A stretch of DNA of 64,000 nt from Candidatus Poribacteria bacterium (GTDB lineage Bacteria > Poribacteria > WGA-4E > WGA-3G): positions 3,168,001-3,232,000 of the forward strand of contig OZ251518.1 of NCBI GenBank assembly GCA_965242965.1, written 5' to 3'. Of the stretch, positions 29,880-40,612 are shown piece after piece. Position 1 is the stretch's first letter. The number at the start of each line of letters is the position of its first letter. A program made the position numbers and the translations under genes. The notes beneath the pieces are model-generated. The model saw only the letters and a list, made by a program, of their open reading frames with translations, did not search any database and had not been told where the DNA came from.

Positions 29880-31103
29880 CTAAAAAAACTGCGCCATCAC
29901 CGTCTCACCAACTGTTAACGTTGTGCCCGTGGGAATCGTAATCAAGCCGTTCGCTAGCACCAACGAATGGAGGATGCCGGAACCCTGCGGGCCCGTCGTC
30001 CTCGCAGTCCATCTGCCATCTTCCTCGGAGAGGATGGCGCGCATGTAATTCACACGTCCGTCTCTGTTGACGACATTTTCGGCGAGCGTCGCCTTGAAGG
30101 TGGGACGCAGCAACGCCGAATGTCCCGCCATTTTCAGCAGTGCGGGCCGCACGAAAAGTTCAAACACGACTAACGAGGAGACCGGATTGCCAGGCAACCC
30201 AAAAATCGGTTTGCCATCGGCGATGCCGTATGCCTGCGGTTTGCCCGGTTTCATCGCGACGCGCCAGAAGTGCATCTCGCCCAATTTCTCCAAGACAGTC
30301 TTCACCACATCATATTCGCCTACCGAAACGCCGCCGCTGGTGATGAGCGCGTCCGCTTGCGAGAGTGCGGCACGGAAAATCTGTTCTGTTTCTGTCACGT
30401 CATCGGGCGCGATGCCCATGTCTATTGGGATGCCGCCCGCCTCTTTCACCTGCGCATAGATGCCATAGCGGTTGCTATCTCGGATCTTTCCGGGTGCAAG
30501 CGGTTCACCGAGCGGCGTGAGTTCATCGCCGGTTGAGACAATCGCGACGGTGGGTTTTCGATGCACCGTCACTTCGGCGCAATTAAGGGAAGCAAGCATT
30601 GAGATTTCGGGGGGACGGAGATGCTTGCCCAGCTCCATCACCAGCGCACCGTTCTTCACACTCTCCCCGGCGAAACGGACGTTTTCGTTTTCGTCTACGC
30701 CTTCAAAGATATTGACAACGGCAGAATCAGTAGCGGCGTTCTTGTCCATCGCTGTTACTTCTTGCATGACGACAGCATCCGCGCCCCGGGGCATCATCGC
30801 TCCTGTCATGATGCGCGCCGCTTGCCCGCTGCCGACAGGTTTCGTCGGCGCGGCACCGGCGGCGAGCGTCTCAACAATAGAGAGGACAGCCGGTTCTGCT
30901 TCGGACGCGTCTTTCACATCAGCGGAGCGGACAGCAAACCCGTCCATCGCCGAATTGTCAAACGGCGGGATATCTTCGCTAGCATGGAGGGCTTCAGCGA
31001 GGACATAGCCGTGGCAGTTAAAGATGTCGCGTTTTTCTGTCGGTAAAACAGGAATAGTGGCGAGCATCCGCTGGCGGGCTTCTTGAACAGTAAGCATCTT
31101 CAT
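29880..31103 (-). CDS. moeA: Molybdopterin molybdotransferase
   Basis: PPFDNSAMDGFA, RIMTGA, STGDEL, SGGVSVG, MKPGKP and LPGNPVS motifs. Confidence 0.95.
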   Translation of the reverse strand: MKMLTVQEARQRMLATIPVLPTEKRDIFNCHGYVLAEALHASEDIPPFDNSAMDGFAVRSADVKDASEAEPAVLSIVETLAAGAAPTKPVGSGQAARIMTGAMMPRGADAVVMQEVTAMDKNAATDSAVVNIFEGVDENENVRFAGESVKNGALVMELGKHLRPPEISMLASLNCAEVTVHRKPTVAIVSTGDELTPLGEPLAPGKIRDSNRYGIYAQVKEAGGIPIDMGIAPDDVTETEQIFRAALSQADALITSGGVSVGEYDVVKTVLEKLGEMHFWRVAMKPGKPQAYGIADGKPIFGLPGNPVSSLVVFELFVRPALLKMAGHSALLRPTFKATLAENVVNRDGRVNYMRAILSEEDGRWTARTTGPQGSGILHSLVLANGLITIPTGTTLTVGETVMAQFF

Positions 31104-31104
31104 T

Positions 31105-31626
31105 TTACCGCCCTACCTCCCATGCCAAATGTTGGAGTTCCGGTCCGATGAGTTTTTCCCATGCCAACTGCACGGCGGCGGTGGAACCGGGTGTGGAAAT
31201 AACCACGGTGCCGCGATAGACACCGGCTGTCGCGCGAGAAAGCATGGCAGCGGCACCCACCTGCTCATAACTGAACATTCGGAAAAGTTCGCCGAAGCCG
31301 GGAAGCGTCTTCTCTAACTTGCGGTTGAGGATGTCAAACGTCGTATCGCGCGGGGCGATGCCGGTGCCACCGTTGAATAAGATGACGCGCGCATCGCTGG
31401 CCGCCATCTCATCTAACACCGCCGCCACCTGTGCCGGTTCATCTTTGATAATCTGGTATGCAACCACGCTGTTTCCTTCCGCCGCTAATTGTTCGCGGAG
31501 AAAGGCCGCGTTTTTGTCCGTTTCCGGCGTGCGCGTATCGCTGACGGTGACGATTGCGACAGCAACGGGGCCCTGTTCGGTTGCCATTTCTCGATGTTGT
31601 TGCGTGCTAGTGGAACGTGTTGTCAT
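31105..31626 (-). CDS. moaB: Molybdenum cofactor biosynthesis protein MoaB/MogA family
   Basis: [33 protein letters not shown] and PGS motifs. Confidence 0.85.
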   Translation of the reverse strand: MTTRSTSTQQHREMATEQGPVAVAIVTVSDTRTPETDKNAAFLREQLAAEGNSVVAYQIIKDEPAQVAAVLDEMAASDARVILFNGGTGIAPRDTTFDILNRKLEKTLPGFGELFRMFSYEQVGAAAMLSRATAGVYRGTVVISTPGSTAAVQLAWEKLIGPELQHLAWEVGR

Positions 31627-31661
31627 ATTTTTCTCCTGAATTTGAGGGGGTAAGCGCGCTT

Positions 31662-33869
31662 TTATTGATTGGGATACCCACGTTTAAGATGTTTGGGCAT
31701 CTGATAAAAACGTCCCCCTGTCTTCCCTGCGAGTGTTGTCTGAAAATCGTTGGGCAGCGGGTGCCCGATGACATACGCACGGATGCCGAGGGACTGACAG
31801 ACTTCAATTGCGCGTTCCGGGGGATAACTGCCTGTCGTCGGTTCATCGGTTAAGATGAGCAGGAAGCGGCTGGCGTAAGGACTGAATTTCACCTTCGGCA
31901 CGCCTTCGACAATGGCATCAATGAGATGTTCGTCGCCGCCGAACGGTGCTTCCATGAGACTCTCCAGCATCGCTTCGTTGAGGGGCATCGGTGTGATAAC
32001 CGCGCCGTTAATCACCTTAATCGCATCCTTCGCTTCCGCGAATCGGATGAGCCCAATGCGATACGTTATCGGCAGAATATCCAATCTCCCCATGAGCGTG
32101 CTGAGTCCGAGCATAATCGCCTGCGATTTGCCGCCCATGCTCCGACTGTAATCCAGCACGATGACGATGTCAACGGTAGGCTCAAACCCGCTGTTTGCCC
32201 TTTTGTTTGCAGCGGCTCCCGGTGCCGCACCGGCGTAAATATTGAGTCGATTTTTGTCGGTGCGGATGGTATACATGCGATGATGGCGTGCATCGTTGAT
32301 GAGCCATCTACTGCCGCGCCGCTGCGGCATCGCCGTGAGATTGGCGGAGATGTTGAAACTTTCCGGGTAAATACCGGCGTAGACGTTCAATGTATTTCCC
32401 TCTTTGCGGACGGTATAGACGCGCCGATTCACGTCATCGTTAATCATCCAGAGTTTGCCTTCGTCTTTCGCCCAGATAATCGCGTTTTCAGAGAGCCGGG
32501 TATCCTTTCCCACCGAAACGCCTTGCCTGCCGAATTCGCGCAGCAACTTTTTCATCGGAATATCACCATCTTCTAGGAAGACTTCAAACTGCGCCTCCAT
32601 GCTAAACAGCAAACTGCCGCCGTTCCGCCGAATGTCCGTGGCGATGTCGCGAAAAACCTTGAGGAACCCTGCATTGGCGACGCGTGTCGTTGGAAGCGAG
32701 GTAGCCTTCCCAATATCGCCGGGGATGCGCTGCCAGAGCCCACCTGTCTCTTCCGCTAACTGCTGCTGAAAAGGTTCAGGGTGTCCGAGGACATTGACGT
32801 GAATCTCCTCCCGTTGATACCTGTCCAGCACCTTCGCGCGCACCATCGCATAAGCATTCTCTTGTTTCACGCGCGTCGATGCCGGTTCATCCGTGACGAG
32901 GACGAGATACTTATCGGCATCGGCGTGGAAATCGATGTAGCCGAGAGTCTCAATGAGCGCGTCTAGCGCGTGTTCATCGCCGCTCATCGTTGTCTTCTGC
33001 ATGCGGCGGCGAAGCATCCCGACATCGGGCAAAAGGGAACGAATCTCAAGTTGTTGTCCCGCGCGCCGGACGCTAAATTCCGCCATGCCGAGGTGATATT
33101 CCAGATTGACATAGTCGAACGCATCGCTCATGCTGTAAAGGTTCGCGGCAACCTCTTGGATGTTATCGCGCATGCTCGCGCTGGTATCCAAAACAAAGAC
33201 GACGTTAATCTTATCGCGGACGCGCGTGCCGATGATATGGTTCGCGATGTTTTTGAGGGCTTCGGCGAACGGATTGGTGCTGTCCGTTGCGCCATCGCCG
33301 CCGCTGCCCTCTTCGCCTGCGCCATCACCGACGGTGCCGATTTCCGAAGTGCCAGTGGATTCCAACCGATGAAACCCGCTGCCGCCTTCACCTTTGACGC
33401 GTTGCCGAAAACTATCCACGCCTGCCCCTGCTGTCGTTTGATAAGGGCTCGCCACAGATTCAGGGAGGGTTTCTCTGCCATCGAACCTTTGCGCATCTGT
33501 CGTGACTTCAGGCAGAACCGTTGCTGTCTCATCTACCGTTTGCGTTGCGTTGTGTAGCAGTGCTTCTTCGGATTGCCGCAGCGTTTCATCAATGAGACTG
33601 GCAGACGCAGTCAGTTTGAGATGGCGCGGTTGTGCCTCGCTTGCGGATTCGGTGCGCGCCATTATCCGTTTGCGCAAAGGCTGTTTGAGCGTGCGCCGCG
33701 GGCGTTGGAACTCCTTCGCCTCGAAAAGCTCCACCGCGATTGCGTCTTCCACCCGCGTTTGCCAATGGGTATAAAGCAAGAAGGAGCCGATAATGGCAAG
33801 GCAGAGATGGACAATCCCTGAAATGAGGAGCGCGCGCACGGAACGCTGTCTGATGATAGAACGGTTCAT
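31662..33869 (-). CDS. Membrane-anchored protein with two VWA domains
   Basis: N-terminal TM; two MIDAS motifs (VLDTSASM and VLDYSRSM), each followed by a TDEP. Start at ATG 33869 with a GGGAG RBS. Confidence 0.8.
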   Translation of the reverse strand: MNRSIIRQRSVRALLISGIVHLCLAIIGSFLLYTHWQTRVEDAIAVELFEAKEFQRPRRTLKQPLRKRIMARTESASEAQPRHLKLTASASLIDETLRQSEEALLHNATQTVDETATVLPEVTTDAQRFDGRETLPESVASPYQTTAGAGVDSFRQRVKGEGGSGFHRLESTGTSEIGTVGDGAGEEGSGGDGATDSTNPFAEALKNIANHIIGTRVRDKINVVFVLDTSASMRDNIQEVAANLYSMSDAFDYVNLEYHLGMAEFSVRRAGQQLEIRSLLPDVGMLRRRMQKTTMSGDEHALDALIETLGYIDFHADADKYLVLVTDEPASTRVKQENAYAMVRAKVLDRYQREEIHVNVLGHPEPFQQQLAEETGGLWQRIPGDIGKATSLPTTRVANAGFLKVFRDIATDIRRNGGSLLFSMEAQFEVFLEDGDIPMKKLLREFGRQGVSVGKDTRLSENAIIWAKDEGKLWMINDDVNRRVYTVRKEGNTLNVYAGIYPESFNISANLTAMPQRRGSRWLINDARHHRMYTIRTDKNRLNIYAGAAPGAAANKRANSGFEPTVDIVIVLDYSRSMGGKSQAIMLGLSTLMGRLDILPITYRIGLIRFAEAKDAIKVINGAVITPMPLNEAMLESLMEAPFGGDEHLIDAIVEGVPKVKFSPYASRFLLILTDEPTTGSYPPERAIEVCQSLGIRAYVIGHPLPNDFQTTLAGKTGGRFYQMPKHLKRGYPNQ

Positions 33870-33954
33870 GAAGGCTTTCTCCCGAAAAAAGTGTGCAGGA
33901 AATGGATACAAAAAGTATATCATAAACGGCAGCCCTGTTGCAAGCAGAAAATGA

Positions 33955-34350
33955 CGATTCAGTAGGAGAGCCCTCCCGGTCTTGATATCGTCCGCGCACT
34001 CCAACGCTCGCGGGGGACAGGCCCCCGCGCTACGGAAAAAAAACGGTACTTCACCGTAGGGCGAGGGCCTGTCCCTCGCCATCGTCCGCGCGCCCCTTCT
34101 GTAGGTCAGGATCGCCTGATCCTGACCCGTTTGTGATCAGGCGATCACAAACTACAGATGGGGAAACACACATCGTGACGATGGAGATCGCGGGGGACAG
34201 GCCCCCGCGCTACGATGAAAAAACGGTTCTTGAGCCCTCGCGGGGGAAACCCGCTCGGATGCGCGTATGGCATCCGAGGGTCCCCGCGCTACGGGAACAT
34301 CAAGCCCCGGAGGTCTCTCCTACCGAACGCATCGAAATATGAAACCCTTC
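33955..34350. repeat. REP cluster ending in ATATGAAACCCTTC
   Basis: Multiple GTAG palindromes; the right end is nearly identical to 5821-5861. Confidence 0.75.
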
Positions 34351-34734
34351 AATTAATTTCTTGACAAATTTTGTTTTGCATGCGATACTAATAAAATGCC
34401 AACGAAAAACGCCAAAAAATAGATAGGATAGACGCAGAACGCACCCCCCAGGCATGGTTAACATGGTTTCAAACCGCGCATACCGATGGAGGATTCTGGC
34501 ATTTGCATCCGTCCTGATAAATACGATGCGTTTTTTTCTTGCATTTAACGTTGAAAAATGCTATACTATATAAAAGTGCGTTTTTTGACGCGCGATTACG
34601 TGATTTGCACGCAGTACTGCTATCACATCTATCGTTAACTTTTTTTGTTAGGCGAGAGTTTTTGGGAAGCGCGCTTCTTGCTCAAACCGCTCTCAGCCTG
34701 CATTCAACCGAATGAATAAGGAGATTTCATAGCT

Positions 34735-35457
34735 ATGAACAAGTTAGCAATCGTTCTGATGATTGCCTGTGTCGCCCTCATCACGCCGATGGCGTTCGCG
34801 CAGAATTGGCAGCCCGCAGGCGATACGTGGATTGAAAAATGGTGGGGACTCGATCTGGTGACGAACACCGGTGGCTTCAACGACTCCGCCGCGGTGGATT
34901 ATTTATCGGAAGGGACCGGCGGCGCGATTTCCAACGCCTCCGTTTCAACGCGCGACGGTGCCGGCGAAACGGCGAACGTCATTGTCAATCTTCCAGATAA
35001 CGGCGGCGCGCTCGCCTGGTCGATCGTGACGCTGAATACCGAAGACCAGCTGAATATGTCCACCAGCCACGGGCTCGTCGATGGTGGAGACATCACGTGG
35101 CATGGGCTCATCGTCGTCATCTCACCCGATGAGCGGACAACGGTGATGCATCCGGCGCATGACGACTACGCGCAGATCTGGCTTAACGGCGCACAGGTTT
35201 ACGATAACTCCGCTTGGACAGGCGGCGCACGCGAGGTAACAACTCCCACTGAGATTAGCCTCCAGAAGGGTGAGAACTTCTTGCACTTCAAATGCGGCGA
35301 ATCGGGTGGCGCGGATTACGTCAACCTCCGTTTTGAAGCGACGGACGCAGACCTCAAGATAGCACCGACGCAAGATAACCTCTTCTTGGATGTCCTCACG
35401 CCGGTTGAACCGCAAGGCAAACTGGCGACACGGTGGGCAGATATCAAGCGGCGGTAA
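34735..35457 (+). CDS. Secreted protein with a PVEPQGKLATRWADIKRR C-terminal motif
   Basis: TAAGGAG RBS and signal peptide (AFA-Q). DDYAQIWLNG...LQKGEN resembles a PA14/jelly-roll segment. Confidence 0.8.
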   Translation: MNKLAIVLMIACVALITPMAFAQNWQPAGDTWIEKWWGLDLVTNTGGFNDSAAVDYLSEGTGGAISNASVSTRDGAGETANVIVNLPDNGGALAWSIVTLNTEDQLNMSTSHGLVDGGDITWHGLIVVISPDERTTVMHPAHDDYAQIWLNGAQVYDNSAWTGGAREVTTPTEISLQKGENFLHFKCGESGGADYVNLRFEATDADLKIAPTQDNLFLDVLTPVEPQGKLATRWADIKRR

Positions 35458-35463
35458 AGCGCG

Positions 35464-35504
35464 AAGCCCGTATCCGAATGTGGATGCGGGCTTTTTTATT
35501 TTTT
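35464..35504 (+). terminator. Rho-independent terminator
   Basis: AAGCCCGTATCC-GAATGT-GGATGCGGGCTT followed by a T-tract. Confidence 0.85.
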
Positions 35505-35529
35505 GTCGCGGTTCCAAATCGCGTATTGG

Positions 35530-35800
35530 CTCGTAGGGCGGGGGCCTGTCCCCCGCCGTGTCAGCAGTGCCAAATCGCATATTAGGCCCGTAGGGCGGGG
35601 GCCTGTCCCCCGCCGTGCAACGATCGCGAGGGACAGGCCCTCGCGCTACGGTAAGCGGAACGGTTACGATCGCGAGGGACAGGCCCTCGCGCTACGGTAT
35701 TGAAGGGGGCGTGTGATCGCGAGGGACAGGCCCTCGCCCTACGGATAAACGGATGCATCAGGATCGCGAGGGACAGGCCCTCGCGCTACGGTAAGTGGAA
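35530..35800. repeat. REP cluster with four copies of GATCGCGAGGGACAGGCCCTCGC(G/C)CTACGG
   Basis: Read directly from the sequence. Confidence 0.8.
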
Positions 35801-35848
35801 CGGTTTCGGAAATAACCCGATTTCATCAAACGGTGCCGAACGGGTTTA

Positions 35849-37528
35849 TCAATTCTCCGATTCTGAAATCGTCACGATTTGATTGACTTCTATTCTCACC
35901 AATTCCTGCCGAATGCCACTCGGCCAGGTAATAGCGATACTCTCAACTCGCTCATGCGCGCCCACCCCAAACAGCAACCGCACCTGACTGCCCGATGCAT
36001 AACTTGAACCACTCTTCGTTTCAGCGACTTGCGTCATATCGCCTGCTATTATTGTCACCTTCGCGCCGATGCCATCGCGATTACTTCGCGTCCCAACCAA
36101 CTGAATGCCGAGCCAATTGTGCCGATTGCCGCCCTCATTGCGGAGCAAAACGGCACGTTGATTAGAATTCATGACGACAATGTCCATATCGCCATCGTTA
36201 TCGTAGTCTGCGCATGCCGCTGCGCGCCCGACGAATGTCTCCGAAAAATAGGCACCGGCAGTTTCCGATACCTCTTGATAGGTGCCATCGCCGTTGTTCC
36301 GGAAGACCTGGTCGCGTTGCGCATACGTCTCGTGGTCCTGCAGGATTTCGATGACATCTTGCGGATGCCCATTCGCACAAAAAATATCGAGGTATCCATC
36401 GTTATCGTAATCCAAAAAGAGGGGACTGAACCCGACAAAGGGCAGCGTCGGCTGTTGCAAACCGCTTTCCACGGTAGCGTCAGAAAAGAGGATGCCCTCT
36501 TCATTCTTATAGAGCGTCGCCTTCTCCGAATTCGCTATGAGGAGATCGAGCCAGCCATCGCCGTTATAGTCGCCGCAGTCAACCCCCATTGAACCTTCCG
36601 CGACCCCGTTTTCATCATATCCGCCGCCGATGAAGAGGCTTTCATCGGTGAACGTGCCATCGCCGTTATTGCGGTAAAGGAAATTGCGATTGGTATCGTT
36701 GGAGACATAAATATCGGGAAAGCCGTCGTTATCATAATCACAGGCGATGGCGGCCATGCCGCGTCCTTCTTCAGGATTCGTTACGCCTGCTGTCGCTGCA
36801 ACGTTAGTGAACGTGCCGTCGCCGTTGTTTCGGTAAAGCACATCCGCCGTGCCTCTGTAGCGTCGCGGGTGCCCATAACCGACGATGCCTTTGTAAGTTT
36901 CAACCGGCATTGACAAATCATAGACGAGGTAGTTGACGACGAAAATGTCCAGATGTCCGTCCAGATTGAAATCGAGATAAACCGCCGCGATGCCCCAACT
37001 GTGGTTATCAATACCGGCGGCTTCGGTGATGTCGGTGAACGTGCCATCGCCGTTGTTTCTGTAGAGCGTATCTTGTCCGAAGTTTGCGACGTAAAGATCA
37101 GCGTCGCCATCGTTATCGATATCCGCGGCGGCGGCGGCCATGCCGTATCCCGTGTCGCCAGTGCCAGAGATTTCAGTGACATCGGTAAAGCGTCCATTTC
37201 CATCGTTGCGATAAAGGGCATTAGCGGCTTTGCTTTGTAAACGCGCGGGCTGTTTATCGTTTGGAATGGGGCCGCTGTTGACAAAATAGAGTTCAGCGTC
37301 GCCATCGTTATCGTAATCAAAAAAGACGGTGCCGGAACCCATCGTTTCGATGATGTGCTTGTGTTCGGTTTTGCCGTTATTATGTTTGAAGTGGATGCCT
37401 GCTTCTTGGGTAACATCGGCGAAGATGGGGTGTTGTGCGGCGGCGCGCTTGCAAAACGCGCTTATTGATGTGAGTAGAATGAAAATAATTATCTGCAGGA
37501 AAAGCTGCAGTTTACGGTGCTTTCGCAT
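35849..37528 (-). CDS. CRTAC1/ASPIC-UnbV family FG-GAP repeat protein
   Basis: Repeated DYDNDGD and YRNNGDGTFTD units, C-terminal ASPIC/UnbV-like NRDGIGAKV...LLFGVG, signal peptide, and GGAGG RBS. Confidence 0.88.
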   Translation of the reverse strand: MRKHRKLQLFLQIIIFILLTSISAFCKRAAAQHPIFADVTQEAGIHFKHNNGKTEHKHIIETMGSGTVFFDYDNDGDAELYFVNSGPIPNDKQPARLQSKAANALYRNDGNGRFTDVTEISGTGDTGYGMAAAAADIDNDGDADLYVANFGQDTLYRNNGDGTFTDITEAAGIDNHSWGIAAVYLDFNLDGHLDIFVVNYLVYDLSMPVETYKGIVGYGHPRRYRGTADVLYRNNGDGTFTNVAATAGVTNPEEGRGMAAIACDYDNDGFPDIYVSNDTNRNFLYRNNGDGTFTDESLFIGGGYDENGVAEGSMGVDCGDYNGDGWLDLLIANSEKATLYKNEEGILFSDATVESGLQQPTLPFVGFSPLFLDYDNDGYLDIFCANGHPQDVIEILQDHETYAQRDQVFRNNGDGTYQEVSETAGAYFSETFVGRAAACADYDNDGDMDIVVMNSNQRAVLLRNEGGNRHNWLGIQLVGTRSNRDGIGAKVTIIAGDMTQVAETKSGSSYASGSQVRLLFGVGAHERVESIAITWPSGIRQELVRIEVNQIVTISESEN

Positions 37529-37648
37529 ATTGTTGGGAACGTCCTCCGATTTGTTTTCGTGTGTCAGGATTTTTATATGTGTTTGGATGTGACGAGATAT
37601 TCTACACTGAAGACAAAATATGTCAAGAAAAATGAAAGTAGGAAAATG

Positions 37649-37975
37649 AGGGTGTTTCATAACTCGTTGCCTCGGGCCCACCTCTGTAGTTTGTGATCGC
37701 CTGATCACAAACAGGTCAAGATCAGGCGATCTTGCCCTACAGGGGGGATGCGGTCTGCCAGCAAAACGCATGGCGAGGGAAACCCGCTCGCATGCGCGTG
37801 TGGCATGCGAGGGCCCAAGCCCTACGGTGAGGGGTGGCGTTTTTTTCACCGTAGCGCGGGGGCCTGTCCCCCGCGAGCGTTGGATTGCGCGTGCGCGAGG
37901 GATGGCGAGGGGAACCCGCTCGCATGCGCGTGTGGCATGCGAGGGCCCTCGCCCTACGGTGAGGGGGCGTTTTTT
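37649..37975. repeat. REP cluster beginning with GAGGGTGTTTCATA
   Basis: Read directly from the sequence. Confidence 0.7.
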
Positions 37976-37980
37976 TCATC

Positions 37981-38931
37981 TTATTCCGCAGTCTTCGCCA
38001 GCCGAAACCCAACAAACGAAGTCTTCAGGCGCGGATAGAGATAAAACCGAAACGTTGTGCTACACCGCGGCAGCGCGTCTATCCACGAACCGCCTCGAAT
38101 AACACGCCAACTGCCGACATCCGGTCCCGGCGGATTCCGTTGCAAGCTGCGCCAATAGTAGACATCGCTATACCAATCCGCTGTCCACTCCCAAACGTTA
38201 CCCGCCATATCCAGCGCGCCGTAATAACTCTTCCCTTTCGGAAAACTGCCGACTGGGGCAAGTCGGTTTTCATAGCCGTCATCGGTGGCACTTGTATTAG
38301 CGTAAGCCTCCATCGCATTCCCCCAGGGCCAGGTTCTATCGGTATAGCCGCGCGCCGCCTTCTCCCATTCCGCTTCTGTCGGCAGCCGCATCCCTTTCCA
38401 TGCCGCATACGCCTTTGCATCGTGCCATGAGACACCGACGACAGGATAATTCGGAAACTGCTTGGCGCGGGCGGGCCACTCACCGATATGCGGCAGATGC
38501 GCGAAGTTCTCCGGCGTATGTCGGCGAGAAGCATCGGATACCCAAAATGCGTAATACTCGGCATTCGTCACCTCATATTTGCCGATGTAGTAGGCATCGA
38601 GATAGACTTTATGCATCGGTTTTTCGTCAGCGGCGCGTCTCTCGCTGCCCATCGTGAAGGTGCCGGCGGGAATTAAAATAAGGTTTTCCGCGTCGGAGCG
38701 CGTTATGTCAGCGGCGGCATCGCGGGGGACAGGCCCCCGCGCTACGGTATCTTTAGGTTGTAAGGGCGTTATGTCAGCGGCGGCATCGCGGGGGACAGGC
38801 CCCCGCGCTACGGTGGTTCCGGTGTTGCGATGGATAGGCCCGCGCGCTATCGGGAAGAAAAAAACTATAACAAGCAGGATGCCGAAAAGCCTTTTACTTT
38901 TGCTGTTCAGCCATTTTTTTGTAGTGTTCAT
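37981..38931 (-). CDS. Formylglycine-generating enzyme (SUMF1/EgtB/PvdO) fold protein with in-frame REP repeats
   Basis: FTMGS, KYEVTNAEY, RLPTEAEWEKAARG, DMAGNVWEW, RGGSW and GFRL motifs. Confidence 0.88.
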   Translation of the reverse strand: MNTTKKWLNSKSKRLFGILLVIVFFFPIARGPIHRNTGTTVARGPVPRDAAADITPLQPKDTVARGPVPRDAAADITRSDAENLILIPAGTFTMGSERRAADEKPMHKVYLDAYYIGKYEVTNAEYYAFWVSDASRRHTPENFAHLPHIGEWPARAKQFPNYPVVGVSWHDAKAYAAWKGMRLPTEAEWEKAARGYTDRTWPWGNAMEAYANTSATDDGYENRLAPVGSFPKGKSYYGALDMAGNVWEWTADWYSDVYYWRSLQRNPPGPDVGSWRVIRGGSWIDALPRCSTTFRFYLYPRLKTSFVGFRLAKTAE

Positions 38932-40114
38932 AAGCGCGATAATGCTCCTGCGCGAGTTCGTGTCTATCAAGACTCTCGTATAACTTCGCGAGGTTCAGAT
39001 GAAAATAGGGTTGCTCGCCGTTGAGTTCGATCGCCTTCCGATAGGCACCGATAGCGTTTTGCGCGTCACCCTGCATCGCGTAAGCACTGCCGAGGGTATT
39101 GTAAAGCACCGCCAGGCGCCCTCGGGAGGACTCGCTCGCCGGTTCAAGCAGTTGAATTGCCTTTTGCGCCGCTTCTGCCGCAGGGCGCGGGTAGTTAAGA
39201 TTGATGAACGCTTGGCTAAGCCCGTGATAAAAATTCGCCTCGTTCGGTGCAAGTTCAATGCACTTCTGCAACACCCGCACCGCTTCCGCATAGTTCTTTT
39301 GATGGATAAGCAAACTCGCCAAACCAGCCCATCCATTGAGATTCTTCGGTTCCGTGCGCGTCAGCCGAGAGAGGCGTTCATATTCGGCATACTCCTTTTG
39401 GAGCAGCTGATAGATGCGCATTTCCTCACGGCTTTTCTCTCGGTATTGAGAACGGGAGGGCTCTCCTACCGTGGTGCTGAGGCGGAGATACGCCGTGCCG
39501 AGTCCATAGTGCGGCTCCGCATAACGCGCCGGCCCGAATTGCAGTGCCTTCTTGAAGGTTTCTATCGCTTCAGGATATGCCTTCAAATTGAGATACGCCG
39601 TGCCGAGTTCCTGATAGGTGCCGGCGGCGTTCGGTTTCAGCGCGAGAGCTTTCGTTAAAGTGTTAACTGCCTCTGCATATTTGCGAAGTTTCACTTGTGC
39701 TTTGCCGAGCACCTCATACCCGCGCGCGTGCTGCGGCGATAATGCGATAACCTGTTGCAACGGTGCCACTGCCTGCGCCCATTCGTCCATTCTAAAATGC
39801 GCAACGCCGAGGGAATAGAGTGCCTCAATGTTATCCGGCATCAACGCCAACGAACGCTGGTATGCCTCGACAGCCTTTTTCCAGAATTGTTCTTGCGCGT
39901 AAGCCATGCCGAGGTAGTGATGGATTTCGTAGTGTTCCGATTCACTCGCGAGTGCGGCTTCAAACGCCGCGATTGCGCCTTGGTTATCTCCTTGAAAGAG
40001 GCGTGCGAATCCGTGTTCAACGTGCTGCACGTAAGTGGCGTGTGCGTCTGAGCCTTGTGCGTCAGGTGTCGTGCACAAGCAGAGGATGATGCCAAGTATC
40101 AACCATTTTTGCAT
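38894..40114 (-). CDS. Tetratricopeptide repeat protein with a signal peptide
   Basis: Multiple YSLGVA, LGTAY and A...KALALKP TPR units. Confidence 0.88.
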   Translation of the reverse strand: MQKWLILGIILCLCTTPDAQGSDAHATYVQHVEHGFARLFQGDNQGAIAAFEAALASESEHYEIHHYLGMAYAQEQFWKKAVEAYQRSLALMPDNIEALYSLGVAHFRMDEWAQAVAPLQQVIALSPQHARGYEVLGKAQVKLRKYAEAVNTLTKALALKPNAAGTYQELGTAYLNLKAYPEAIETFKKALQFGPARYAEPHYGLGTAYLRLSTTVGEPSRSQYREKSREEMRIYQLLQKEYAEYERLSRLTRTEPKNLNGWAGLASLLIHQKNYAEAVRVLQKCIELAPNEANFYHGLSQAFINLNYPRPAAEAAQKAIQLLEPASESSRGRLAVLYNTLGSAYAMQGDAQNAIGAYRKAIELNGEQPYFHLNLAKLYESLDRHELAQEHYRAYEHYKKMAEQQK

Positions 40115-40304
40115 TAGATTTTCCTAAGGTGATGGAGATGTGGTAACATATTAACTGCAGTCGCGAAAAAAAGTCAAGGAAATAACGTTGCGTCACTCAG
40201 CGTCATCAGGGTTACCTTTATTGATGAAATAGCCGATAAGTCTGTCTTTGTATCGTGCACAGAGAACATCCCACGCTTATTCATCGCGATTGAGATAACT
40301 CGGT

Positions 40305-40535
40305 GCGATCGCGGGGGACAGGCCCCCGCGCTACGGTGAGAAAGAAGCATCTTCCGGTTATCGTAGGGCGAGGGCCTGTCCCTCGCCGTGCGTTTGGCTG
40401 TCAGACTGCATCTCCCCTGTAGGTCAGGATCGCCTGATCCTGACCCGTTCGGGAGCGGGTGCTCCCGAACTACAGAGTTGGGCCCGATGCTCGCCATGCA
40501 ACGATCGCGGGGGACAGGCCCCCGCGCTACGGTGA
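40305..40535. repeat. REP cluster
   Basis: GTAG palindromes of several classes. Confidence 0.75.
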
Positions 40536-40612
40536 GAAAAATGAAAATCAACTTGACGCGAAACACAGAATGTGATAAACTTGACTATCATTTCCTTTAT
40601 AGCAAAAAAAGA

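Noticed and set aside
33870-34082. N-terminal ORF extensions such as MARDRPSPYG (also on CRTAC1, truA, the HD gene, MNT-HEPN 2, murD and rsmH)
   Set aside because: They come from reading through intergenic REP clusters. Downstream starts have a better RBS, promoter or homology.
35620-35800. CRISPR-like repeat-spacer pattern (also at 57170-57412, 63735-63880 and 8300-8400)
   Set aside because: Spacers are short and mutually similar, the repeat is the genome-wide GTAG REP, and no cas genes are present.
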